From assembly GCA_003556605.1 (NCBI GenBank), contig PWQX01000086.1:21023-85022 (forward strand): a DNA stretch of 64,000 nucleotides, written 5' to 3'. Under the pieces are notes generated by a model. The model saw nothing but the letters and a program-made list of their open reading frames with translations. It was not told where the DNA came from and ran no database searches. The position numbers and the translations under genes are program-made. Position 1 is the first letter of the stretch. Every line of letters starts with the position of its first letter. Below, piece by piece: positions 46,168 through 56,288 of the stretch. The DNA comes from Spirochaetaceae bacterium. Lineage in GTDB: Bacteria > Spirochaetota > Spirochaetia > DSM-27196 > SLAA01.

Positions 46168-46696
46168 GGCGACCGCGGTTGTAGAGGCGATACTGCTGCT
46201 TGAGAATGAGCCGGTAACGCTCGAGCAGCTTGCAAAGATCAGCAAGCTAGATCGACCGGTTATAGATCGCTGTCTGGCGAAGCTTGAAGAACGTTACGCC
46301 GACGCTGCGCACGGCATCGAGGTTGCGCACTTGGCCGAAGGCTATGTGCTGCAGCCTAAACTCGAGTTGTGGGAGAACCTGCGGGACCGCTACGGCAAAC
46401 GGAATGAGAATAGGCTCTCGCGCGCGGCGCTTGAGACGTTATCGATCATCGCGTACTCACAGCCGATAACGCGCGCCGAGATAGAAGGACTTCGCGGTGT
46501 GTCGCCCGACGGGATGATTCGGTTGTTACTACAGCGCGAACTCATCCAGGAGATAGGGCGTAAAGACGCTCCCGGGCGGCCCGTACAATACGGGACAACC
46601 AGCGAGTTCCTGAAGCTGTTCCGGCTAGCGAGTATCAAGGATCTTCCAAGACTCGGTGACCAGGATCAGGAGCGGTTCGAGCCCTATGATGAGTAA
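46154..46696 (+). CDS. scpB: segregation and condensation protein B
   Basis: VEAILLLENEPVTLEQLA, SRAALETLSIIAYSQPITRAEIEGLRGV, GRPVQYGTT. Start chosen at GTG 46154, overlapping the scpA end. The ORF is open from 46019. Confidence 0.88.
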   Translation: MDLNRATAVVEAILLLENEPVTLEQLAKISKLDRPVIDRCLAKLEERYADAAHGIEVAHLAEGYVLQPKLELWENLRDRYGKRNENRLSRAALETLSIIAYSQPITRAEIEGLRGVSPDGMIRLLLQRELIQEIGRKDAPGRPVQYGTTSEFLKLFRLASIKDLPRLGDQDQERFEPYDE

Positions 46697-46709
46697 GGAA
46701 CAATGGCCC

Positions 46710-47426
46710 ATGCGCCTGCACCGCTTCATGGCAAAGGCCGGCGTGGCTTCTCGTCGCCGTTGTGAACGCTTGATTGAGGAAGGGCGCGTCAAGGTTAACG
46801 GACGTCAAATTATCCGCCAGGGTGAGACGGTAGGGCCCGACGACGTCGTCACCTTCAACGGCAAGCGTCTGCGCATTACCGCCGCGCCGGTGTACCTCGC
46901 GATGAACAAGCCCCCGCGATATCTCTGCAGCAATCACGATCCGGCAGGCCGTCCGCTGGTGATTGACCTCTTGCGCGACACGGTAAGCGAGCGCGTGTTC
47001 ACTGTGGGACGCTTGGACTTCATGTCGACCGGTCTCATCCTGCTCACCAACGATGGCGAGTTTGCCCGGATCATATCACATCCCTCCAGTAAGATCGAAA
47101 AGGAGTACCTCGTAGAGTCCCGGCGGCCGATCTCGGAGGAGATGCTCGAGGGCTACCGGAAGGGAATCCGTGTGGAAGGCGAAACCTATAAGCTGAAATC
47201 ATACCGCATCAAGAATGCGCGGCGTGTCCACCTGGTCCTCGAAGAAGGCAAGAACCGCGAGATTAGGCGCGTGTTTACGCATTTCAACGTAGCTTTGCGC
47301 CGAGTCCACCGCATTCGCATCGGTACTCTGTGGCTCGACAATCTGTCGCCCGGCATGTTTCGCCCGCTGAACGACCGCGAGATGCACAAACTGCTGGCGC
47401 TTGCCGCCCAACAGGAAAACGCATGA
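46710..47426 (+). CDS. rluB: rRNA pseudouridine synthase (RluB/RsuA family)
   Basis: S4 domain (MRLHRFMAKAGVASRRRCERLIEEGRVKVNG) and the catalytic motif GRLDFMSTGLILLTNDGE. Confidence 0.88.
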   Translation: MRLHRFMAKAGVASRRRCERLIEEGRVKVNGRQIIRQGETVGPDDVVTFNGKRLRITAAPVYLAMNKPPRYLCSNHDPAGRPLVIDLLRDTVSERVFTVGRLDFMSTGLILLTNDGEFARIISHPSSKIEKEYLVESRRPISEEMLEGYRKGIRVEGETYKLKSYRIKNARRVHLVLEEGKNREIRRVFTHFNVALRRVHRIRIGTLWLDNLSPGMFRPLNDREMHKLLALAAQQENA

Positions 47427-48064
47427 TTGTAGCTATCGACGGGCCTGCCGGCAGTGGAAAAAGCGCGATCGCTCGCATGGTCGGTGAAAACACCGGCTTC
47501 ACGTATATCAATTCCGGGCTGTTCTACCGCGCGCTCACGCGCAAGGTCCTGGACTCCGGGTGCGATCCAAGCAGACGCGAGCAAGTACTGCCGATCGTCG
47601 CAGACACTGAACTGCGGTGGCGCGATGGCAGACTGTATCTCGACGGCAAACCCGTCCCGGCAGCCTCCCTGCGTACCGACGAGGTTGACAGTCACGTAGC
47701 GCAGCTTTCTTCGTTCCCCGAGCTGAGGCAGTTAGTCAACACTGCGCTGCGCAGCTCGGCGCGGGACCAGGATAGTGTTGTTGAGGGACGTGACATTACT
47801 ACGGTGGTGTTTCCCGACGCCGAGGTCAAGATCTACCTCGATGCGAGTATTGAAGCACGGGCGGAGCGGCGGTACAAAGAAAACACCAGTGGCTTGAGTC
47901 TAGACGCGCTGAAAGCCGCGATTGCCGAGCGCGACCAACGCGACCGTGACAAACAACAGGGCAGCCTCCAGCTGAGCGAGGACGCGGTCCATTTGGATAC
48001 CTCGGACTTGACCATCAATACAGTTTATGAGACAGTTATGGAAATAATTCAATCGAAACGTTAA
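47423..48064 (+). CDS. cmk: cytidylate kinase
   Basis: MIVAIDGPAGSGKSAIAR. ATGA overlap with rluB. The ORF was trimmed from 47330. Confidence 0.93.
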   Translation: MIVAIDGPAGSGKSAIARMVGENTGFTYINSGLFYRALTRKVLDSGCDPSRREQVLPIVADTELRWRDGRLYLDGKPVPAASLRTDEVDSHVAQLSSFPELRQLVNTALRSSARDQDSVVEGRDITTVVFPDAEVKIYLDASIEARAERRYKENTSGLSLDALKAAIAERDQRDRDKQQGSLQLSEDAVHLDTSDLTINTVYETVMEIIQSKR

Positions 48065-48085
48065 TCAGGAGAACTAGTAGGTATC

Positions 48086-49810
48086 ATGGTAGAGAAGGAA
48101 GCGCAGAACACAGAGTCGCTGAGTGAAACTGTTCCGGAGGAGACTCGTGACGAGTTTCTCAGAACCATCGATGAGATGGAGGTTGGCCAACCTGAAGTCG
48201 GCGAGCTTATTAGTGGGACAGTTGTCTTAGTCGGCTCGGAAAACGTGTTCGTCAACATCGGCTACAAATCCGACGGCAAAGTTGCCCTGGAAGAGTTTGA
48301 AGAACCGCCGAAAGTCGGAGATAACGTGGATGTGGTGCTTCAAAGCAGAGACGCGCGCTCGGGCGGCGTACCGGTATCAAAACGCAAGGCTGACGAGCGC
48401 GTCTTCTGGAAAGAGCTCAAACTCGCATTCCAAGATCACATACCGGTTGAAGGTAAAGTTACCCGCAGCGTTAAAGGTGGATTCGAAGTTCAGATTCATC
48501 CGGGAGTTCGCGGATTTAACCCTATCTCAAAGATGGACACCCATCGCATTGAGAACCCCGACGAGTATGTGGGGCTGGAGTCCAAGTTCTATGTAGAACG
48601 GCTATACAGCGAGAATCGGGTGAATATTATTCTCTCCCGCCGTGCTTGGCTTGAAGAGGAAGTGCGACGTAAGCGTGATGAGTTCTTCAAGAGTGTCGAC
48701 ATCGGTGATGAGGTTACCGGAGTGGTCAAGACCTTTACGTCGTTCGGCGCCTTTATTGATCTTGGTGGCTTCGACGGTCTGCTGCACATCAACGATATGA
48801 GCTGGGGGCACGTAACCAGACCGAAAGACATTGTCAAGAAAGGCGAGCAGCTCTCGCTCAAGGTCATCCGCATGGATCCCGAAGAGCAGAAGGTCAATCT
48901 TTCTCTGCGACATATGACCCCTGATCCGTGGGAAAGATTCGAGAGCAAGTACCATATCGACGACGTTGTTATCGGGCGTGTGACTAAGCTCGCGGATTTC
49001 GGTGCTTTCATCGAGCTTGAGGAGGGAATCGAAGGGCTTGCACACATCTCGGAGCTATCGTGGGTGAAGCGCATCAACCATCCGCGGGAGGTCTTGAAGC
49101 CCGGTGACGAAGTTGAAACGAAGATTCTCGATTACGATATCGCCCATGGGCGCGTTTCTTTAGGCATCAAGCAGGTATTGCCGAATCCGTGGGAGACGAT
49201 GGCGGAACAGTATCCGGCCGGAACGCAGCTCGTGCGCCCGGTGAAGAAGATCACCAACTCAGGCGCGTTTGTTGAGCTCGAGGAAGGTGTTGATGCCTTT
49301 TTGCATATCGACGACCTGTCGTGGGCCAACCGCCCGCGTAACGTTTCCGACGTCCTCACCGAGGGTGAGAATGTCGAGGTAGTGGTTCTGTGGGTTGATC
49401 CGGACAACCGAAACATCCGGGTTGGGGTGAAGCAGCTGTCTGAGGATCCGTGGGCTACTCTCAAGCAAGCATCCACGCGACGAGAGATCATAGAAGGTGA
49501 GGTCACGAACATCACCGATTTCGGTCTGTTTCTGCGCGTACACGGCGGCATAGAAGGGCTGCTGCATAAGAACAACCTCACCGATCCTCGTGTGGAGGCG
49601 TACGAACACGCGGTGAAGCGCATTTCGGTAGGTGACAAGCTGAACGTTGTCATTACCGAGATAAACCCCGCCAAGCAACGGCTTTCGCTGTCGGTGCGCG
49701 AGCTTGAGCGCAAGGAACAGCGCGAGGAGATGCGGAAATACATCCACGACGCCGGTGAAGAAGATACCTTCACCCTCGGCGAGTTTTTGAAGGACAAAGG
49801 CGAGGTATAA
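48086..49810 (+). CDS. rpsA: 30S ribosomal protein S1
   Basis: Six tandem S1 (OB-fold) repeats, for example GVVKTFTSFGAFIDLGGFDGLLHI, GRVTKLADFGAFIELEEGIEGLAHIS and GEVTNITDFGLFLRV. 574 aa. Confidence 0.95.
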   Translation: MVEKEAQNTESLSETVPEETRDEFLRTIDEMEVGQPEVGELISGTVVLVGSENVFVNIGYKSDGKVALEEFEEPPKVGDNVDVVLQSRDARSGGVPVSKRKADERVFWKELKLAFQDHIPVEGKVTRSVKGGFEVQIHPGVRGFNPISKMDTHRIENPDEYVGLESKFYVERLYSENRVNIILSRRAWLEEEVRRKRDEFFKSVDIGDEVTGVVKTFTSFGAFIDLGGFDGLLHINDMSWGHVTRPKDIVKKGEQLSLKVIRMDPEEQKVNLSLRHMTPDPWERFESKYHIDDVVIGRVTKLADFGAFIELEEGIEGLAHISELSWVKRINHPREVLKPGDEVETKILDYDIAHGRVSLGIKQVLPNPWETMAEQYPAGTQLVRPVKKITNSGAFVELEEGVDAFLHIDDLSWANRPRNVSDVLTEGENVEVVVLWVDPDNRNIRVGVKQLSEDPWATLKQASTRREIIEGEVTNITDFGLFLRVHGGIEGLLHKNNLTDPRVEAYEHAVKRISVGDKLNVVITEINPAKQRLSLSVRELERKEQREEMRKYIHDAGEEDTFTLGEFLKDKGEV

Positions 49811-49834
49811 CGCCGTGCGTGGGTCCGCGACGAA

Positions 49835-51340
49835 ATGGTTAAGACGAACATCGATCCGCAGAAGTTTGAAACCTTCATTGAGATCAACACCTTAATCAAT
49901 TCGTACTACGCAGATCCGCGTGCCCTCCTGCAGCGCATTCTCGAGTCCGCCACTCGCTTGACCGCTGCCGAGGCCTCTTCATTGCTGCTCTTGAAGCCCG
50001 AGACCGGCATGCTGCACTTTGAGATCGCGCTCGGCTCAAAAGGTGCCGAGGTTAAGCAGTTCAGCCTCAAGCGCGGCGAAGGCATTGCCGGCTGGGTTGC
50101 AGAACACAACCGCTCGCTCATCGTTAACGACGTTGCCCAGGATCCGCGTTTCCAGTCCGAAATCAGCACCAGCATTCAGTTCGAAACGCATGCCATACTT
50201 GCGGTGCCCATGCGGATTCAAGACCGCTGCGTGGGCGTGCTCGAAATGGTGAATAAGCGGGGGAGGGGAGTTTTCACCGCCGAGGACCAGCACTGGCTGG
50301 AAATATTCGCGACCCAGGCGGGGTTAGCCATTCAAAACGCCAAGTCGTTCCAGGCGGTGCGTGACCAGATTGACGTTCTCAGAGACCAGATGAACGGTGC
50401 GCAAGGCTATCACACAATGATCGCCGAAAGCCGCCTGATGCAAGAGAAACTCGAGTTAGTTGCGCGCATCGCCGAAACCGATTCCTCGGTGCTGATTCTC
50501 GGTGAGAGTGGCGTCGGCAAGGAATTGATTGCGGAACAGATCCACAAACGCAGCGCGCGCCGCAACGGCCCATTGGTGCGCGTCAACTGCGCGGCGCTTC
50601 CGGAACCATTGTTGGAGAGCGAGTTGTTCGGGCATGTAAAAGGTGCGTTTACCGATGCCGACCGTGACCGAACCGGTCGATTTGAGCTGGCCGACGGCGG
50701 AACGATCTTCCTAGATGAGATCGGCGACCTTCCGCCTGCCTTGCAAGCGAAAATGCTGCGCGTCATTCAAGATCGCACTTTCGAACGAGTGGGCTCCAGC
50801 ACGCCGGTGCGCGTCAACGTGCGCATACTGGCCGCCACCAACAAGGATATTGCGCGCGCGGTGGACGAGGGCTGGTTCCGCAGCGACCTGTACTATCGAT
50901 TGAACGTCTTGCCGCTTGAGGTGCCGCCGCTGCGCCGCAGGCGCGAAGATATCCCGGTGCTGGCCGAGTTCTTTCTCAAACGAGTCAACCAAGAGACCAA
51001 GAAACAGGTGCAAGGCTTTACCGACGAAGCCATGGAGACGTTGTTGTCGTATTCATGGCCGGGTAACGTCCGCGAGCTCGAGAACGTGGTAGAGCGCGCC
51101 GTTGTAATTTGCGAAAAGAGCTATATCAGTCCGGCTGAGCTCTCGCTTGATCACGGACGAACCGGCCGTGACCAACAGTACGAGGACAAGTCGCTGAAGG
51201 AATCGGTAACACTGTTCAAGAAGCATTTTATCCGCAACGCGCTCGAACGACACGGCTGGCATCAGACCGAAACCGCCAAAGCGCTCGGTATTCAACGAAC
51301 CTACCTATCTCGTCTAATCAAAGAGCTTGAGATAAAGTAG
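49835..51340 (+). CDS. sigma-54-dependent transcriptional activator (GAF - AAA+ - HTH)
   Basis: N-terminal GAF-like domain. AAA+ Walker A GESGVGKE, the GAFTGA-type loop [15 protein letters not shown], Walker [10 protein letters not shown], and a C-terminal Fis-type HTH ([18 protein letters not shown]). Confidence 0.9.
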   Translation: MVKTNIDPQKFETFIEINTLINSYYADPRALLQRILESATRLTAAEASSLLLLKPETGMLHFEIALGSKGAEVKQFSLKRGEGIAGWVAEHNRSLIVNDVAQDPRFQSEISTSIQFETHAILAVPMRIQDRCVGVLEMVNKRGRGVFTAEDQHWLEIFATQAGLAIQNAKSFQAVRDQIDVLRDQMNGAQGYHTMIAESRLMQEKLELVARIAETDSSVLILGESGVGKELIAEQIHKRSARRNGPLVRVNCAALPEPLLESELFGHVKGAFTDADRDRTGRFELADGGTIFLDEIGDLPPALQAKMLRVIQDRTFERVGSSTPVRVNVRILAATNKDIARAVDEGWFRSDLYYRLNVLPLEVPPLRRRREDIPVLAEFFLKRVNQETKKQVQGFTDEAMETLLSYSWPGNVRELENVVERAVVICEKSYISPAELSLDHGRTGRDQQYEDKSLKESVTLFKKHFIRNALERHGWHQTETAKALGIQRTYLSRLIKELEIK

Positions 51341-51370
51341 AAGCCACGATTTTCGACAGGGAGCACAACT

Positions 51371-52066
51371 ATGGCGAAGACCCAAGACGACGTACAGGCA
51401 AAACCGACGGTTGCCGAGAGCGTATCTGCGTTCTTGCACCGCTTTCGTAAACAGATCGTGATCGTTTCAGCGGTGTTGGTCGCAGGTGGAATCGGCGCTG
51501 CGGTGATTATGGAGATTCAGTCGCGCCGCGCTGAAGACGCCTTAGCGCGCGCTGAAACGGTGCAGGAGCAGTACGAGCACTGGTTGGCCGCCGATCAGGA
51601 CGAACGCGGCGAGATTGAGCCTGAGCTGTTCGCCGAGCTCGAGGCAATCCGCGATCGCTACTCCGGTACTTACGGTGGATTGCGCGCACAGTACATCGAA
51701 GCAAACATGCATTATGAGTCCGAGCGCTACGAAGCTGCAGGCATGGTCTTCGAGCAGCTCGCCGAAAACTACCCGAATTCACATCTTGCCCCGCGGTCCT
51801 TACTCTACGCGGCGTTCGCCGCGGAGGAGCTTGATGATCCCGGCCGCGCCGAACGGCTATTCCGCCGCCTGGTTGATTCGTACGGCGCCGACGTCCCTGA
51901 AAAGCCCCGCGCACTATTCGGTTTAGCGCGAATATACGAGCTGGGGCAGCGTTACCAGGACGCCGAAACGGCCTATAGTGATCTGGTAGAGCGGTATTCC
52001 GCCAGTCCGTGGAGCAATATGGCCCGGAATCGCTTGATCGCCCTACGAGCGCAGGATCGGATCTGA
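51371..52066 (+). CDS. membrane-anchored TPR protein
   Basis: One N-terminal TM helix (IVIVSAVLVAGGIGAAVIM) followed by TPR-like repeats (RYEAAGMVFEQLAENYP...; ALFGLARIYELGQRYQDAETAY). Confidence 0.6.
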   Translation: MAKTQDDVQAKPTVAESVSAFLHRFRKQIVIVSAVLVAGGIGAAVIMEIQSRRAEDALARAETVQEQYEHWLAADQDERGEIEPELFAELEAIRDRYSGTYGGLRAQYIEANMHYESERYEAAGMVFEQLAENYPNSHLAPRSLLYAAFAAEELDDPGRAERLFRRLVDSYGADVPEKPRALFGLARIYELGQRYQDAETAYSDLVERYSASPWSNMARNRLIALRAQDRI

Positions 52067-52177
52067 TGAGGACCCGGTGTTCGCGCGGTGCGTGTCACCC
52101 TGGGACTTGGGAGCGCGCGTGCCTCTGCCGGGGCGTCAGAGGCGGCTCCTGTAGCGCTTAAATTACGGTGAGCACAG

Positions 52178-52930
52178 GTGCGAAAGAAGCTGAACCAGGT
52201 GTATCGCGGCTTCAACATCCGCGCACGAACGCTTATGCTGCTGATTCTCTTCACTGCGGCAACAAGATGTGGGTTGCCGGTCATACCATTCTTGAGCCCA
52301 CCGGAACGATTAACCGCCACGATTGTTGATTTCGAGATCCGGTTTGAGCATCCCGGAGTTTCGGAGGCATTGAGCGGGGTCTTTAGGGGTTACGAGTTGT
52401 ATTACAAGTTCTACGGCGATATTCGGGAAAATGATGCCGTTGTCCGTGATATCGAGGAGCAGTTCATCGACGACGATGACGTGATACAAGACTCGCCGCG
52501 TCAACCCAACCCCAATAGGCTGACGCAGCTTGACTATCGCCGAATTCGACGCGTCGATCAGCCGGCACGGCGTCCCGTAATCAGAATCGACGCGGGCGAT
52601 CGTCAAACAGACCTAACGATAACCCTGCGGTTTCCGGAACAAGAAGAAGACGACGCAGTCTTCTTCATCGATGATGCTGATCCGGTTGCTTTGAGACGCG
52701 GTGTCGATGATATCGATGATACACCGAAAGCGTTTTTCCCTTTCGGTGAACAAAACGATGATGGCGTCTATGCGGCAGGGGACGACGACTTCAGCGAGGA
52801 GCTGCTGGATCGACTGCGCGACGATAGAATCCATATTGCAATCTACGGCTTGGCTTACGGGCTAACCGATGATTTTGAAGTCATCTACAGTGTGCCCGAG
52901 TTCTTAGGACGGGTCGAGTTGCGCATCTAA
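52178..52930 (+). CDS. hypothetical acidic (lipo)protein
   Basis: 250-aa ORF (GTG start). Hydrophobic N-terminus ending in Cys (LMLLILFTAATRC). D/E-rich body. No family recognised. Confidence 0.5.
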   Translation: MRKKLNQVYRGFNIRARTLMLLILFTAATRCGLPVIPFLSPPERLTATIVDFEIRFEHPGVSEALSGVFRGYELYYKFYGDIRENDAVVRDIEEQFIDDDDVIQDSPRQPNPNRLTQLDYRRIRRVDQPARRPVIRIDAGDRQTDLTITLRFPEQEEDDAVFFIDDADPVALRRGVDDIDDTPKAFFPFGEQNDDGVYAAGDDDFSEELLDRLRDDRIHIAIYGLAYGLTDDFEVIYSVPEFLGRVELRI

Positions 52931-52951
52931 TGATCAGAGAGGTGAACGGCT

Positions 52952-53236
52952 GTGGCAACGTATTATTTGAACATCGCACTGACATATATGGTGATCGGCT
53001 TTGGCATCACGCTGTGGTTCTATTACGTACTCCGGCGTCCGTTTTTGGGAAGATTCTGGGGAGCGCTCGTGCTTGGCTTAGTCGGTGCGTTTCTCGGGGG
53101 CGTGATCGATTTCTACTTTGAAGACGTCCTCGCGCAGCTCGCCAACTTGAACAACGTGAATATCTTTCCGCCGCTGATTACCTCGTTCGTGTTGATGTGG
53201 CTATTCTCAACCGTTGCGAGCTCTGATCGTTCATGA
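52952..53236 (+). CDS. small integral membrane protein (possibly GlsB/YeaQ/YmgE-like)
   Basis: 94 aa with 3 hydrophobic helices. The glycine-rich helix WGALVLGLVGAFLGGVI resembles that family. GTG start with GAGAGG upstream. Confidence 0.45.
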   Translation: MATYYLNIALTYMVIGFGITLWFYYVLRRPFLGRFWGALVLGLVGAFLGGVIDFYFEDVLAQLANLNNVNIFPPLITSFVLMWLFSTVASSDRS

Positions 53237-53269
53237 GATGCTTTGTGTCAGGGTTACCGGATCCGGGTG

Positions 53270-53298
53270 TTGTTCACACGATTATTACTTCTGATAAT
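53270..53298 (+). promoter_or_regulatory. candidate promoter TTGTTC-N17-GATAAT upstream of mazG
   Basis: Hexamers read directly, in the AT-richer intergenic region about 50 nt upstream of ATG 53346. Confidence 0.3.
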
Positions 53299-53345
53299 AC
53301 ATATTCGGTCTACTTAAATCAATCAATATACTGAGGCACGCTGTT

Positions 53346-54275
53346 ATGAACAAGATGCACGACGACGCTAACAACAACGCGCGCGACCGTCGCACCGCCG
53401 CCTCTATCGCCGGCGGTGCTTCGCAGCCGGAGTCTGAGCGGCAAGACTCTCCGCTTGCCCGGTTGAAGGCACGCGAAGACCCTCATTACGAGGAGCAATA
53501 CGCTGTAGAGGCGTTTCGCCGCTTCTATCGGATTGTACGGATACTGCGCGACCCGGACGGATGTCCCTGGGACCGTGAGCAAACTCCGGAAAGCATGAAG
53601 GAAAGTTTGGTTGAAGAAGCCTATGAGGTCGTCAGCGCGTTTCGCGGCGGCGCGCGCGAAGAAATACTGGAGGAGCTCGGCGACACCCTATTGGTTGCTA
53701 CGATGATCGCTTACATGCTTGAGCAAGCCGGTATAGGCAGCGTGGCAACGGTATTGGAAGCTGTGTCGGCGAAACTGGTGCGGCGGCACCCACACGTGTT
53801 TGGTGCCGATCGCGCAGGAATGAACAGCGATCAAGTTCTGCGCCAATGGGACGATATAAAAGCCTCGGAAGGAAGGAAACGCCGTTCACAGCTTGAAACC
53901 GGCAAGATCCGCGGCCTTCCACCGCTATCACGAGCGGTCAAGCTGCAGGAAAAGGCGTCAAAGCGAGGCTTTGACTGGGACAAGTGCGAGCCGGTGTTTG
54001 ACAAGGTTCAGGAAGAGCTGCAGGAGCTCCGCAAAGCATACCAAGCGTCGGATGACCTCGGAACCGAGCATGAGTTGGGAGATCTGCTGTTTAGCGTTGC
54101 AAATTTGGCGCGGGTACTTCGGCACGATCCGTCGGCGGCACTCCACGCTGGGAACGAGAGATTTGTCGAGCGCTTCGAGTTCGTCGCGCGAGAAATGGAC
54201 CGCCTGGGACTCGATATGAGCGCTGCAACGCTCTCCGAGATGGAAAGGCTTTGGCAACAGGCAAAGAAACGATAG
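53346..54275 (+). CDS. mazG: nucleoside triphosphate pyrophosphohydrolase MazG
   Basis: LRDPDGCPWDREQTPESMKESLVEEAYEV, ELGDTLL, and a second MazG repeat with ELGDLLFSVANLAR. Confidence 0.9.
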   Translation: MNKMHDDANNNARDRRTAASIAGGASQPESERQDSPLARLKAREDPHYEEQYAVEAFRRFYRIVRILRDPDGCPWDREQTPESMKESLVEEAYEVVSAFRGGAREEILEELGDTLLVATMIAYMLEQAGIGSVATVLEAVSAKLVRRHPHVFGADRAGMNSDQVLRQWDDIKASEGRKRRSQLETGKIRGLPPLSRAVKLQEKASKRGFDWDKCEPVFDKVQEELQELRKAYQASDDLGTEHELGDLLFSVANLARVLRHDPSAALHAGNERFVERFEFVAREMDRLGLDMSAATLSEMERLWQQAKKR

Positions 54276-54359
54276 ATATACACAACGGTACCTTCTAATA
54301 AAGTTTATGATGCTGTATACTTTTATGCAAGACCTCGTGCTGTTCTGATGGGTGCCGGC

Positions 54360-56285
54360 TTAGCTCTCGAGCTCAAAGCTTTCGTGCTGTTGTTGATACT
54401 CTTCTTCGGGAACTTCGGGTTCCTCTTGCTCCTGCTCTGCCCTGAGCCACCAGCTGAGACCAAGGGAGTGGAGCGACTCTTCGTAGGATTCTCCGGTAAA
54501 GATTCCATGCATGATTACGTTTGACGCACGCGGTGCCCACCACTCCCACTCGTTAGAACCGTCTACCATTACGGCTAGGACAACCTTGTCTTCGGGGTCA
54601 CCGGCATCATAAGGTCCATACGAAACAAACCAAGAGTGTAACTCATCCGGACGGCCGGTCTCTCCGGTGCCGGTCTTGCCGGCGATATCAACCGCCCGGG
54701 TGGTAATTACCGGGCGGGCTGTGCCTTCCGCCACTGCTCGGCGCAGGGCTTTGCGCAACTGTACGAAGGTTTCTGCACTGATGTCGGCGGTTCGCAGGAC
54801 TTCCGGTTCAACGCGGTGGATAATCTGCCCGGTTTCCTGATCGCGCACCTCGCGGAGCACGTGTGGACGATAAATAACCCCGTTATTCACGACCATGGCC
54901 AAGGCGTTTGCAAGCTGCAGCGGGGTAACCTCAATGAAGCCCTGACCGATAGAGAGGTTGACAGTATCGCCCCCGACCCAGCGAGAGCCGAAGCGCGCCT
55001 GCTTCCACTCAGGCGTCGGCACCAGTCCAGGCACCTCACCTGGAAGATCAATGCCGGTACGCTCACCGAAGCCGAACTGTTTTGCGTAGTCGATTATGAC
55101 GTCTTCACCAAGATGATCGCCACCCATAGTGTAAAAGAAGACGTTGCACGACTGAGCCAGCCCATCGAACAGGGTTAACGGTCCATGGCCGTATTCTATC
55201 CAGCAGTTAAACGTGCGGTTGCCGAAACGGAGCGAGCCGCGACAGGTTACCGGCTGATCCAGCGGGAATGCTTCTTCCTCGAGGACCGCCGCCGTCATAA
55301 TCATCTTAAACGTTGATGCCGGCACCGCAGCGGACTGAATCACGCGGTTGAGAAACGGCGCGCGCGCATCGATTGATAGGCTTTGAAAGGACTCTGTACG
55401 ACCACGCTCGAAAAAAATGTTAGGGTCGTAATATGGATAGGAGGCCATCGCAAGGATTTCGCCGCTGTGCGGTCGCAGCGCGACAACTGAGCCGGTGCGC
55501 TTGCCGAGGGTGCGTTCGGCGAGTTCTTGTATGCGCCGGTCGATTGTCAGCACCAGGTTTTCACCGAGCTCCGGGATAATAGGCTCGAGCTCGCCCTCGC
55601 CTACCTCACGCCCGCGGGCATCTACCTTCAGAAAACGGCGCCCTTGCTCGCCACGCAGCATCTCGTCGTACTGCTGTTCGATACCGGCTTTCCCGAGAAG
55701 CGAGTTGGCAGTATAACCGCGATTATATAACACTTGGAGCTCTTCGGTGGTAATCTGACCGACATAACCAAGCGTATGCGCGAGCGAGTTTGCCATAGTG
55801 TACTGCCGTACCGGTGAATTACGCCAGCGAACACCGGGATAGCGTTCCGTGTTCTCTGCGAGATACGCGACGATCTCAAACGGCACCGCGGTGTCTATCT
55901 CAACCCATTGATAGACGTTGTATCGTCTTGCAGGAATGCGTTGATGAATGCGAGATACCGAAATATCGAGAGCGTCGGCGATACGTTCAAAGAGCTCCTC
56001 GTGTGAATCGCGCGGAATACTAGCGGGGTTAATCTCAATGGCGAACGAGTCTACGTTCGTCACTAGCGGCGAGTCGTAGTTTCGGTCAAAGATCTGCCCC
56101 CGCGGCGCCGGAATAACGGTGCTGCGGCGCGTAACCTGCTCAGCCCGCATTGCATAGATATAGCCGTCGATAATCTGTAATGAGAACAGGTATCCGAGAT
56201 ACACGATGAACAGGAGTGCGATGACGCCGGCAAGGACGAGAATGCGTTCCCTCGATACCCTACGATTCGAACGTAACTCCGTCAT
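54360..56285 (-). CDS. mrdA: penicillin-binding protein 2 (elongasome transpeptidase)
   Basis: N-terminal TM anchor, SxxK (ASTFKM) and KTGT (GKTGTGE). Located after mreBCD. Confidence 0.93.
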   Translation of the reverse strand: MTELRSNRRVSRERILVLAGVIALLFIVYLGYLFSLQIIDGYIYAMRAEQVTRRSTVIPAPRGQIFDRNYDSPLVTNVDSFAIEINPASIPRDSHEELFERIADALDISVSRIHQRIPARRYNVYQWVEIDTAVPFEIVAYLAENTERYPGVRWRNSPVRQYTMANSLAHTLGYVGQITTEELQVLYNRGYTANSLLGKAGIEQQYDEMLRGEQGRRFLKVDARGREVGEGELEPIIPELGENLVLTIDRRIQELAERTLGKRTGSVVALRPHSGEILAMASYPYYDPNIFFERGRTESFQSLSIDARAPFLNRVIQSAAVPASTFKMIMTAAVLEEEAFPLDQPVTCRGSLRFGNRTFNCWIEYGHGPLTLFDGLAQSCNVFFYTMGGDHLGEDVIIDYAKQFGFGERTGIDLPGEVPGLVPTPEWKQARFGSRWVGGDTVNLSIGQGFIEVTPLQLANALAMVVNNGVIYRPHVLREVRDQETGQIIHRVEPEVLRTADISAETFVQLRKALRRAVAEGTARPVITTRAVDIAGKTGTGETGRPDELHSWFVSYGPYDAGDPEDKVVLAVMVDGSNEWEWWAPRASNVIMHGIFTGESYEESLHSLGLSWWLRAEQEQEEPEVPEEEYQQQHESFELES

Positions 56286-56288
56286 GGT

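Noticed and set aside
52121-52143. Hairpin GCCTCTG-N9-CAGAGGC downstream of the TPR gene at 51371-52066, as a terminator
   Set aside because: It is a perfect 7-bp stem but has no following U-tract (next bases GGCTCCTG). It could be a processing or stability element. The evidence is too weak to annotate.
53280-53340. AT-rich intergenic stretch (…ctgataatacatattcggtctacttaaatcaatcaatatact…) considered as a dif/Xer site or replication-related element
   Set aside because: It has only vague resemblance to the dif consensus arms and no proper 11-6-11 dyad. A mazG promoter region explains it more simply.
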